Positions 27,508-37,500 of a DNA stretch of 64,000 bases are shown here, piece after piece. Each line of letters starts with the position of its first letter. The stretch's first letter is position 1. Source of the stretch: Limisphaerales bacterium. GTDB lineage: Bacteria; Verrucomicrobiota; Verrucomicrobiia; Limisphaerales; AAA164-E04. A program made the position numbers and the translations under genes. The notes below the pieces were generated by a model that saw nothing but the letters and a program-made list of their open reading frames with translations, was not told the DNA's origin and did no database searches. Location: NCBI GenBank assembly GCA_965227305.1, contig OZ245740.1, positions 1,107,371 to 1,171,370 of the forward strand, in the 5' to 3' direction.

Positions 27508-29412
27508 CTAGTCCGTAGGCGCCTTGCCCGGCGGCAGATCGAAGTGAGTCGTCGTATCCGTCTTTGCGCCATCGTTCCCTGCCAGCAGCACGAAACTGAA
27601 GTTATAGCCCTGGATCTGGGCAACGCCATGACAGCCCATGCATCCCCCCATGTTGACCGGCGTCAAACCAGAGACCGTGTTGGTGCCCTGGCGGTAGAAG
27701 ACGGCAGCTGAGCTCGGATTGCCGGACAGTCCCGCCTTTTGATAGCGCTGCACGATGTTGGTTTTGTTGATGAGAGGGGGCAAGCCACGGAATGTCTGTA
27801 GGCCGTAGTTGGTCTCGATCACCAGATTGGCGAGATAGTTGTTCTGGCCGTTATCCGTTTCCCATTTGCTGGGGGGGGTTGAGAACTCCACGTCTTTGGT
27901 TTTCGTTGGCGGATACTCTAGGTTTGTGTTGTAGGCCATGTATTGGGTGCCTACCAGTTGGTAGTGCAACCAGTGAGAATCCTTTTGAGCGGTCGGTAGG
28001 GCGGCGCGGATCGCGTTGTGTACTTCCGTGTTCACCTTCACGGTCTGCGGCAGGATGGCGTTGGGACGACGCTGAATTGGGTAGGCGTCTGCAACGGCCG
28101 GGACGAACTTGGCTTGGGTGCCAAAGCCCGTGCCATTCTGTGCTGGGTCTAACCAGTTGGAATACCGATACTGGGTGTTGGGCGGCGCATTGCCAGGCGT
28201 AACCGATTCGTGTTCCCAGGTTGAGAATAGAAAGGTGCCGCCAAGTCCATGGTCTCCAAAGTGGACGCGTTGAATGATGTGGAGTCCGATGAGTGCGAAA
28301 ACGCCCTCCTGGGCCACCGGCTGCTCCGTTGTCGTGTCGGTCGCGTAGTAGGCCGCGTCCGAGACGTGGTAGGTGTCGATCGCGAGATCGGTGCGCTCTT
28401 TAGTCGTTAGGGTGGAGAGCGATTTGTCGCTGAGTTTGATCCAGGCGGCTTTCACGTGAATCGAACCGATGCCGGGAAGCGTGGGAAGGGGGGCGAGCGG
28501 GGTGCTCTTGATTTTCTTTGTGATGTTCGTGTAGGTCGTGGCAGTCGCGGTGGCCGTGTAATTCGTTATGCCCGAGGTGTTCTTGCCGCTTCCGAGCAGG
28601 GTGCTATTGGACGTTCGGTAGGGAAGGCGGATTCCTTTAGCGCTGGATTTTGGCAGTTTCGCTTTTTGCCTGAGGATTTCGTCAATGTAGAGGTCATTGG
28701 TGATCACGTAGTCAAAGAAGTCTTTGTTGACTTTGACTTCATACAGGACCGGCGTATTGACGTTCCCGTTGGTGTTGTGGAGCCAAACGCGGGGCGCGAC
28801 CACTTTGTTGGTAGTGGTCATATTCGGTTCGCGTCCCTCCGCTTTCACTTCAATCGTTTCATCCAGGGCGTTGTAGGGGAATTTGAAGCCCGGGATGAGG
28901 AGTTTCTGACTGGCTGGGTGCTGTTGGCCGGATGCCGGTGTGTAGGTTTCCTGGTCCGCGGGCCGATAGGGGCCATAGTTCGGGGCGTGATGCCATTCTG
29001 CCAGCGAACGGTTCTGCGTCGGCATGAACGTCTTGTTGGTCACGTTGTAGGTCCCGATGTTGAAGACCTCTCGCTTCTCTTTAAACGTTTCCCAGACGGT
29101 TCGAGAATCGGGAGAAGCCAAGGCGAAGGACGCATCCGTATCGGGTACCCCCCTGACCGCATTGGAGGTGGTGGTCGAGGAGCGGTGGAGCGCCGGCCAG
29201 TTGAGAGCAATAAATGTGTTCCAAGCGAACCGATCGATGTTTCCCGTCGCATTGTTCGTGATCGTACTGATCGGAGTTGGGGGGGCGGGTAGAGCCAGCG
29301 TAATGTTTGTGCTTTCTTGGGCGGATCCCGTTGCGATGGCTGTGAGGAGAAAACTCAGGGCGGTCGCGAGCGTTCCGTGCCGGGACCAACGGCGGTTTGG
29401 GAGTGTTTTCAT
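27508..29412 (-). CDS. Exported hypothetical protein with a single C-terminal CXXCH (c-type heme attachment) motif
   Basis: 634-aa ORF with a signal peptide (MKTLPNRRWSRHGTLATALSFLLTAIATGSAQ). The body is Thr/Asn-rich and contains no other cysteines. Near the C-terminus: PVNMGGCMGCHGVAQIQGYNFSFVLL (CMGCH at 27628-27642). I recognise no family. Confidence 0.6.
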   Translation of the reverse strand: MKTLPNRRWSRHGTLATALSFLLTAIATGSAQESTNITLALPAPPTPISTITNNATGNIDRFAWNTFIALNWPALHRSSTTTSNAVRGVPDTDASFALASPDSRTVWETFKEKREVFNIGTYNVTNKTFMPTQNRSLAEWHHAPNYGPYRPADQETYTPASGQQHPASQKLLIPGFKFPYNALDETIEVKAEGREPNMTTTNKVVAPRVWLHNTNGNVNTPVLYEVKVNKDFFDYVITNDLYIDEILRQKAKLPKSSAKGIRLPYRTSNSTLLGSGKNTSGITNYTATATATTYTNITKKIKSTPLAPLPTLPGIGSIHVKAAWIKLSDKSLSTLTTKERTDLAIDTYHVSDAAYYATDTTTEQPVAQEGVFALIGLHIIQRVHFGDHGLGGTFLFSTWEHESVTPGNAPPNTQYRYSNWLDPAQNGTGFGTQAKFVPAVADAYPIQRRPNAILPQTVKVNTEVHNAIRAALPTAQKDSHWLHYQLVGTQYMAYNTNLEYPPTKTKDVEFSTPPSKWETDNGQNNYLANLVIETNYGLQTFRGLPPLINKTNIVQRYQKAGLSGNPSSAAVFYRQGTNTVSGLTPVNMGGCMGCHGVAQIQGYNFSFVLLAGNDGAKTDTTTHFDLPPGKAPTD

Positions 29413-29717
29413 TTCTTTTTTGGGATGGGGACACCCATGGGGTTTCTTCGGATTCCGATAGCCCTCCCATTACCTTGGTAGAAAACGGGGGTTCTATTTG
29501 CGGTCAAAAGTATAATAAGGCGCATTTTTGTCAACACTGCTGTGTTTTGCAAATCAGGCGCGTTAAAGGGTGGTGAAGATGGTTGAGGACCGGCCCTTGA
29601 CTGGGCTGGTTTCGCAGGAGTGACAGCCAACGGCTTGGGGGCAGGCGATTGCCACCCAGCAGATTCGTTCCTGGCAGGGACTGGACAGACATGGTCTGGG
29701 TTCCTTACTTTGTGGGT

Positions 29718-31253
29718 ATGGTACGGATTTTAGCCAGATACGTTGGGCTCCTCACGCTCTTGAGCGGGATCGGATTCCTTACGCACGCGAGTTCCGCGGC
29801 TGAGACAAATCGCTATTTTGGTATACGGGTGGTGGATCGGGTAACCCAGCGGGGTGTGCCCCTGGTGCGGCTAACAACAGTTTCCAAGGTGCGCTACTAT
29901 ACCGACAGTGGGGGCTGGGTCGCTTTTGATGAGCCGGGGATGATGGATCAGGACGTCTTTTTTGAGGTGTGGAGCCACGGTTACCAATACCCGAAGGATG
30001 GGTTTGGCAGTCAGGGAGTTGTTTTGAAGACGGTTGCGGGCGAGTTGGCGACTATTGAAATTGATCGCGTGAATCTGGCTGAGCGCCTTTATCGAGTGAC
30101 GGGGGCGGGGCGGTATCGGGATAGTTGGCTCTTGGGCCAGGAAGTTCCGAGTAATCAGCCTTTGCTGAATGGTCAAGTTGTGGGCCAGGATACGGTTCAA
30201 GCAACCGTCTATCAGGGTAAGGTCTATTGGTTTTGGGGGGACACCAATCGCCCTCGCTACCCGCTCGGACATTTCAAAACGGCGGGAGCGACTTCGCTGT
30301 TGCCATCTGCGGGCGGCTTGAACCCACTTGTGGGCATTGATCTGGAATATTTTGTCGACGAGGACGGCTTCTCCAGCCGCATGACACCGGTCGAGGGACC
30401 AGGGGCAGTCTGGTTGCATGGGCTCTTCAACTTGCGGGATGAAGGTAAGCAGGCCTTGTACGGACATTATTCCCGAGTCAAATCCCTGGGGGAACAATAC
30501 GAACATGGGCTGTTAGCGTTTGAGGATGCTTCGGAAACGTTTGTGAAGGCGGAGCGCTTTGCAGACGATGCCATGCTATATCCTAGGGGCCAGGCGCTTT
30601 GTTACGAGCATACGATCCAAGACTACGTTTACTTCTGTCGGCCGTTCCCTTCGGTTCGAGTTCGAGCGGATCGCGAGGCCTTCGGCTCCTCGGAGAATTA
30701 CGAAGCCTATACCTGCCTGCAGGTGGGGGCTCGGTATGATGCCGACGCGCCGAAGATTGCGCGGGACGCGAATGGGGACGTGTCTTGGGCGTGGCGTCGA
30801 GACACGGACTACATCGACGCTCGCCGGATGCACACTTTGATTCAAGGCGGGCTGGTGAAAGCGGACGATGCGCCGCTGGTCTTGCGATCCAAAGGAGATT
30901 TGGTGTATGTGGACTCCGGGAGTGTGCACTGGAATGAGTTTCGTCAGAAATGGGTGATGATCGCCGGGCAGTTGGGTGGGGAGCACTCGTTTCTGGGGGA
31001 TATCTGGTATGCGGAAGCGGATCAATTGGAAGGGCCGTGGGTGAATGCGAATCGGGTGATTTCACACGAGGGATACTCGTTCTATAATCCGGCTCATCAT
31101 CGGTTCCTGGATCAGGATGGCGGTCGCGTGATTTTGTTCGACGGGACCTATGCGAGTACGTTTGCCAAGACGAAGGTGCCGACGCCACGGTACGATTATA
31201 ACCAACTGATGTATTCGCTGGACTTGGGCGGGGACTGGTTGTCGGGGGACTGA
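29718..31253 (+). CDS. Exported hypothetical protein (beta-rich, family not recognised)
   Basis: ORF 29649..31253, trimmed to ATG 29718 (MVRILARYVGLLTLLSGIGFLTHASSA). Good coding character throughout (..VYWFWGDTNRPRYPLGHF..WYAEADQLEGPWVNANRVISHEGYSFYNPAHH..FDGTYASTF). Divergent from the CXXCH protein gene. Confidence 0.6.
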   Translation: MVRILARYVGLLTLLSGIGFLTHASSAAETNRYFGIRVVDRVTQRGVPLVRLTTVSKVRYYTDSGGWVAFDEPGMMDQDVFFEVWSHGYQYPKDGFGSQGVVLKTVAGELATIEIDRVNLAERLYRVTGAGRYRDSWLLGQEVPSNQPLLNGQVVGQDTVQATVYQGKVYWFWGDTNRPRYPLGHFKTAGATSLLPSAGGLNPLVGIDLEYFVDEDGFSSRMTPVEGPGAVWLHGLFNLRDEGKQALYGHYSRVKSLGEQYEHGLLAFEDASETFVKAERFADDAMLYPRGQALCYEHTIQDYVYFCRPFPSVRVRADREAFGSSENYEAYTCLQVGARYDADAPKIARDANGDVSWAWRRDTDYIDARRMHTLIQGGLVKADDAPLVLRSKGDLVYVDSGSVHWNEFRQKWVMIAGQLGGEHSFLGDIWYAEADQLEGPWVNANRVISHEGYSFYNPAHHRFLDQDGGRVILFDGTYASTFAKTKVPTPRYDYNQLMYSLDLGGDWLSGD

Positions 31254-31555
31254 TGGATTCGGATGGTGGGGCGAGCGTACCCGCGAGCCGTTGGGCACGG
31301 CACGGGGACTGGAACACCTTGGTGGTCTCGCGTTGGCGGGACCCATACGCGCATCGGGGGTTGGGGCTTTGCTGCGGGGCGCGGACCGTTTGAAGCGGGA
31401 CTGATGGATTCGGATGGTGGGGCGAGCGTACCCGCGAGCCGTTGGGCACGGCGCGGGGACTGGGACACCTCGGTGGTCTCGCGTTGGCGGGATCCTTACG
31501 CGCATCGGGGTTTGGACCTTTGCTGCGGGGTGCGGACTGAAGTCCACGGTTACTC
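31246..31555 (+). repeat. Tandem duplication (2 x ~151 bp) of a family-1 repeat unit
   Basis: The unit gggactgatggattcggatggtggggcgagcgtacccgcgagccgttgggcacggc(a/g)cggggactgg(a/g)acacct.ggtggtctcgcgttggcggga.cc.tacgcgcatcgggg starts at 31246 and again at 31397. Only copy 2 ends in the intact hairpin gcggacTGAAgtccacg + gttac (31532-31553). Copy 1 overlaps the stop codon of the 29718..31253 gene. Confidence 0.9.
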
Positions 31556-34500
31556 CTAGTTCGCGGATAGGGAGTAGGCTTCGAAGACGATTTTGATGTC
31601 TGTGATGCCTTGGCCGCTCCGTTCGCCGGATTGGAAGTTGGTGACCGGACCCTCGATGAATCGAGTAAGGCCTTCAACTTGATCCGCTAAAAGCGTGCGG
31701 CCCGGGATGATCAAAAGCCAACGGTTGTTCCAAACCGACCGACCGACCAAACGACTGTTGCGGGTGAAATCTGTCGAAGGAAGCGGGTCCCGGAAGGCGA
31801 CTGCCTTAAAGGCTCCGAATCTGCGGATCGCACCGAGCGAGCCATTGAGGCCGTTGAGGGTTGGAACCCAGTCGGGCTGAGTCAGAGCGAGCGGGGCGCC
31901 GCCCGTGAAAGGATCGCGCTGTAGCGGGAATGGGACGGGTAGGGTCTGTTCTAGGATGCGCCATTCTCGCGTCTGTTGGTTTGCGAGATCCGATGGGGAT
32001 CGCATGATGTCCACTCCCAAAGGCACTAAATAGACCAGGGGCTGTGAGGAAATGCCCGCCGTTTCTAACGAATCAAAGAGCACGGCTACGGAACGAATCT
32101 TGGTGGAGAACTTCGTCGAGTCAAATTGTTGCTGATTTGGTGCGAGCGGATTCCCGAAGAAATTCTGCCCGGCATTGATGGTCGTGGCGAAGGGAATGAC
32201 GAGCCCGGGCTCCTCCGGGTCTCGGGGTGAGAACGGAATGCAGTAGCGATTAAACTCGGGTATCGCCAGGATGTTGGAAACGCGGAACGCATCAAGTCGT
32301 TCCTTCCACAAGATATGGCTTCGGTTCGGATCCGCATTCAGGTCGTTGTCCGGGAGGATGTTAAAGGCGTCGAACCGGAGTGAGAACACGCCTCGATCCG
32401 GTTGGGGATTATTGAAGCCGAGTTGTCCCTTGAGGTTCAGCGTCCAGTTGGCGTTTAAACGGGCCATGGCATCGGCCAGTCCGGGATCGCCTTGTCGACC
32501 ACCCGTTACGGGGTTGAAGGTGCCATCACCGTCGTTGTCGATCAGGATACCCAACGAGCGCGAGCGGACGATTTGGTTGAGGAAGTCTTCTCCGGCGCCG
32601 CGTGGGTCATTGGGGAGGAAGTTGGTTTCGTAATCATAGGCGCGAGCGGCCAAGTAGGCGTAGCGGCTGGCGAGATCGAACTGGGCTCGGTATTTCTGAA
32701 GCGCATCATTGCGGAAGATGCGGTAGGCCATGTTTTTGTAGCGCTGTTGTTGGATGGCTGCGGCCGTTTCCAATCGGAACCGAGTGAAGGAATCGAGCAG
32801 GCGTTCTCCTTTGGCCAGAACAGCCGTGAACTGAGCTGCCGCTTGGTTCATCGCTTCGGCTTGCACCAGGAGTTCATATTTCAGGGCCTCCTGATCGCGG
32901 ATCATGGATTCGAGGTCGGCAATGGCTTCTTGCAGCGCGAAGCTTCCTTCGAGTTGGGCGATCCGCAGGTTGGTTCGTAATTGGGTATTCTCTTTGGCCA
33001 GTTCCATGTCGCCCGCGGCGGCTTCGGCGACATTGCTCAGAGTTGCCATGGCAAGGGCGGCCTTGGTGCCTGAGATACGGATGGCACTGCGTGCGGGCGC
33101 CGTGCCGTCGGTCGAGGTGCCGACCACTTTAGGGAGGGCTTCGGCGATGGCTTCGCCTGATTCTTTGACGTCGCTAGCCGAGGTTGAGAGGAGGAGACTC
33201 AGGTTTCTGGAAATCCCGATGGCAACGTTGAGCCCGCGCGCGGACTTGGCTTGATCATCCAGCAATTGGATGCTCTCTCGATTGATGTTGTGTTGGGCCT
33301 CGATGAGTTCGGCACGAGATTCGATGTCATCGATCAATTGTTGGTAGCTCGCCAACCCGGCCCGGAGCGTGCCGACCATCTGCAAGAGATCGGAGCGGGC
33401 GGATTGAATTTCACCGGCGGAGAGTCGTGTGGACCAATCGTCCGGTTTTACCAAACCAAAGTCCGGGGAGTAGTGATACCGAATCGTGCGACTCGTGCTG
33501 GAGAGGAGCCCGTCCTCTTCATCGATCGAGACGTCTAGATCCCCGCTTCCGGCTTGGAATTCAAAGGGTTCCTGCTGGTATTCGACGGTGAAGTCCTGGG
33601 TGGTGAGTTCCAGTTGGTCTCCGTCATTGACCAAGCCCAGAAGTTCGGAACGGTCCACATAAGTGTAGTGATAGATATCGGGTCCTTTGTAACCGAGTGG
33701 GTAGGTTCCGGATCCGCCGATGTCTTCGCGGTAGGGCTGGCCGAAGACTTCGATCAGGCGGCTTTGGAAGTCGCTCTCGCGGGCTTCTACCTCGTTTTGG
33801 TATTCCGTTAGCTCATCGGACTGCCGCCGGAGCTGTTGGGTGTTGTTCAGGGCGTAGTTGAAGACCGTAACGGCACTGCTCAGTGCGGTGATAGCGCGGT
33901 CGTAGATTTGCTCGAAGAAGGTGCGATTGGCATCGATCTCACTGGCGGAGATATCAAAGGGCATGACGTTCTTCTCCAAGCCGAGCGGGTTGAGTCCGCG
34001 ATCCGCGTTGTCGACTTCGGCCTGGATCTGCCGATAGGCCGTGGCGATTTCACCGAGGTCGCGGACAGAGGAGCGGTCAATCGGTCGGTTGTCCGCTTGA
34101 CCATTGGGCGCCGCATTGGCGGGGAGGGTTGCGTTGCCGAGGGCCCAGTCAAAGTAGGCGCCTTGGCCGGCTCGTGTGCCCCAGTCCGCGAGCCCCCAGG
34201 CGCGTTCGCGGTTGCCGTCTTGGTAGCCCTGATATTGCCCGCGCGGATTCTCGACGTAGCGGGACCGATAGGTGAGGTTGACGATCTCTGCGCCAGCGGT
34301 CGCTTTGGCGGCGGCGGCTTTGGCGAACTTCTGTTCTTCGACGAAATCCACGGTCACATCGGCGCCTCCAATGGAAGCGGTCTCGGATCGCGGGATCCAA
34401 TTGAAGAGCGGATCGTGGAGGAGGCGGTAGTAGTAGGAAAGGGAGGAGAGGTAGTGGCCCCAAGCATCGCCGTGACCCTGAGGGTAGGCATTTGCGGCGT

Positions 34501-37500
34501 CATTCTCGTCGAGCTTCCCGTCGAACGAACCCGGGCTGTCTTGGATATCGTAGTTTAGTTGGTAGGCCACCTCACCCAAATCGCCGGAGTAATTCCAGGG
34601 GAGTCGGTTGTAGATGGGACTCGTGCTCACGGGAGGCAGCGTATCGTCGGAACGGCCGCGGAGGAGGACGAGTTCCTCGGTCAAGAGATCGGGCGTGGCC
34701 TGCAATCCGGCAAAGGCATGCAGCGAGGTGGCGGCTGCGGCGTAGGCTTCGGGGGAGTCACTGACGATCCCGATGGTGGGATCCGAAGCATCGGCAAACG
34801 CTTCGTTCCCCAGCAAGAGATAGAGATCCGAGATCCGGCTGGCCATCAACAAGAGGGCGTTGTTCGCGGGTTGGTAGGCGATGCCGGCGTCGATACTCAG
34901 TGCGGTGGCCCGGTTGTAGACGGTTTCGTAGATCTCAATGAGTCCGAAGTCGTCTGCGGCGTCACAGTTCAAGGGGACGGAGCCTTCCCAACGACGTCCC
35001 GCCTGGGTCAGCATGTCGACGGTGGTGTTTAATTGCCGGGAGGGATCACTCAGATCTTCGAAGCGCTGTTCGAAGGGGGTGAGCCCTTCGAGCACACGCT
35101 TGATCCAGCCTGGAGCGAGCTTTGCCGGTGTCCAGTCGCTCCAGCCTTCGGGGTTTTCTGGCGAGGCGAAAAGCGGGTTTTCCAGCGGGCGATAGCGAAC
35201 GATGAGCCAGTTGTCGCTGAGCGTGAAGGGTGAAGCGCCTTCAATAATGAAGCTCGCTTCACCGGTGCCCTCGGCGACGAGGTCCCATCCCTCCGTGCTG
35301 TCACTGGGACTTTGAGGGATGCTGGCCGGTTCCGTTGGGTCCGTGTTTTCGTCCTCAGCACCATCGGGTTGGAGGCGCCACTCAAAGTGAAACGATTCGG
35401 GTTGGCCGCCGAAATCGCCTTGGTGATGGAGGGTGAGCTTCTCATCAAAGAAACAGCTGGGTTCGATCACCGCAACCTCGCCTCGGAAGGCGCCCTCAAC
35501 CCGAATGACCTCGAGGCTGACGGGAAGGTCTTCATTGCAGAGGCTGGCTTCGCGGTTCTGAAAGGCGAGCGTGACGAATCCGGTTCCAGTTGCGGCTCCG
35601 GCACTGAGGGCAAGGAGTTGCGGCTCGGTATTGGCTTCAGTGAACGCCAGGTTTTCACGCGTGAGTTCCGCCAAGCGGGTGATGGCGACGTCCCACTCCT
35701 CGTCTTCCGGAATGAGCTGCTTGAGCACCGCCTCATCGGTGGCCGAGATCACGTTGAGTAGCAGCGTGGGGGGGCCGATGGCAGGACGACGGTAGATCCC
35801 GCGGAACTGCAAGGTGGCCTCTGTATCCGAGATCCGGGCATAGCTCAATCGCTCCGCGAGGTGCGGGGGTAAGCCTCGAAAGCGGGTTTCGCCACGGACG
35901 ATCTCGATGGCATCGGGTTCGGGGAGGAATCCCGTGGTGACCTGATGGGCGCGTAGCGGATCGATCAATCGAACACTGTGACTATCGGGATTGTTGGCGG
36001 AGGCCGCTTGGAAAATGATATCGACACTGCAGGGTCCGGATCCGGGCGTGCCGTCCGCGCTGGGGGGCACGCCGATCGTGGGGAGACCCCGTGTCGCTTC
36101 CACCAAAGTTTCGCCGACTCTCAGCACAGGCGCATCCTCTGGCCAGCGGATGGTGTAGTTGACTTCGACGGGTTCACCGGGCGTGCCACGGTGGAGATCC
36201 AAGAAAGGAACGCACTGCGGAGCTTGCGGTGCCGGGTAGTTTTCAGGGAAGTAGTAGGTTTCGCGCACCGGATACCAAAAGCGCATACGGCCGGGGCTGG
36301 TGCTGATGCCATCCGGATCCGCCGATCGGGCCCAGTGGCCGCCTTTGCGGTCTTCGAAGATCGTGGGGCTTTCGACGGCGTGGTTTTCCAAGCAAATCGG
36401 ATCGTCGCTGATTGGACGCGGTGGAAACAGGGGTTGGCCGGCTACAACTTGGTAGTTGAAACCTTGTGTCTCGGTTTCGGCGACCACGCGGAAGAGCTCC
36501 ATCGAGGGTTCCGAGGTCTCCGGATTGACGTAGGTCATCAACACGTAGGGTTCGCTGGTCGTATCGCTGCCGAGGTCGCTTCGTAGCGGCATGAGCGTGC
36601 GATGGCCATTGATGTTGTTAGCGATGCGGGCGTGCTCGTCGTTGGGGTTGAATCCGGGTTGCGTGGGGTCGTTTTGAAAGTAGAGGTTCCATTCACCGCC
36701 GTAGGTGGCCGGATCGATTTCCCCGGCGCCTAGTTCGCTGGCGATCACAATCTGCGGCGTTCCGATGGAAGGCGGCCATTCGGGGTTGTACTGGCGAGTG
36801 GTGTAGGGCCAGCAGATGTCATTGGGTTCGCGGGTTTGTGTGGCGGCGTCGAGGACGGCCCCCATTTGATAGTAGGCAATGATCAAACCGTTCTGTTCGA
36901 GGTCCGTCACCAGGTTGACCGGGATGATCGGGCCGGTGCGAGTGGCGCGATCGTAGAATCCGGGGGCCGCACAGTAACGGCCCATTCGCGGCATGACGAA
37001 GGGACCGCCGCACCCGGGGTCATGTACCGATTCGCCCGGTTGGATAGCGGTGCCAATGACGGCGGGCTCCGCTGCGAAACCAGGGGCCTCTAACCAGGAA
37101 TAGCTGTGGATTAAAATGAACTTGGGCGCGGCATCTGGTCCGGCGGCTGAGAGGCGAATCAAGCTGCGGCCAGGGGTTCCCGCGGCGAAGACCTTGTCAC
37201 GGGAGACGCGATCGGCATCGGCGTTCGTTTCTGTATCGTGGAGTTGGGCGATATCCACATTTCCTAGCGAGACGTCAGGAGTCCCATAGACGTGGCTTTG
37301 GTAGGCGTCGGGAGATTCCGGCCAGACGAACGAGGCGGTGGTCGAGGCCATGGTGTCGCCGTTGATCTGGTTCCAATCGATCCGATACTCACCGGAGCGA
37401 ACGGCGTAGAGTTTGCGTTGGTTGTTGTCCCAGACGACGGGACGATCGCTCGGATTCGCCGGCTCGTTGCCGAGTACAGGGCCCGTGGGTGGCAGGCGAT

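Noticed and set aside
29507-29534. Sigma-70-like promoter on the minus strand (TTGACA at 29534-29529 with TATTAT/TATACT downstream) for the CXXCH protein gene.
   Set aside because: The spacing between the hexamers is only 11-14 nt instead of about 17, and PVC promoter consensus is uncertain. Not reported as a feature.
31246-31555. Possibility that the tandem repeats (or the 12.4-kb repeat cluster) form a CRISPR array.
   Set aside because: There are only two 151-bp units with no unique spacers between them. The 12.4-kb cluster is a nested palindrome, not a repeat-spacer array, and there are no cas genes in the window.
30583-31677. 364-aa minus-strand ORF (and the nested 31062..31547 and 31196..31468 ORFs).
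   Set aside because: The translation is extremely Pro/Arg/Ser-rich and low in complexity. It runs antisense to the well-behaved 29718..31253 gene, then through the 151-bp tandem repeats, which produces the duplicated peptide QRLAGTLAPPSESISP. This is a repeat or antisense artefact.
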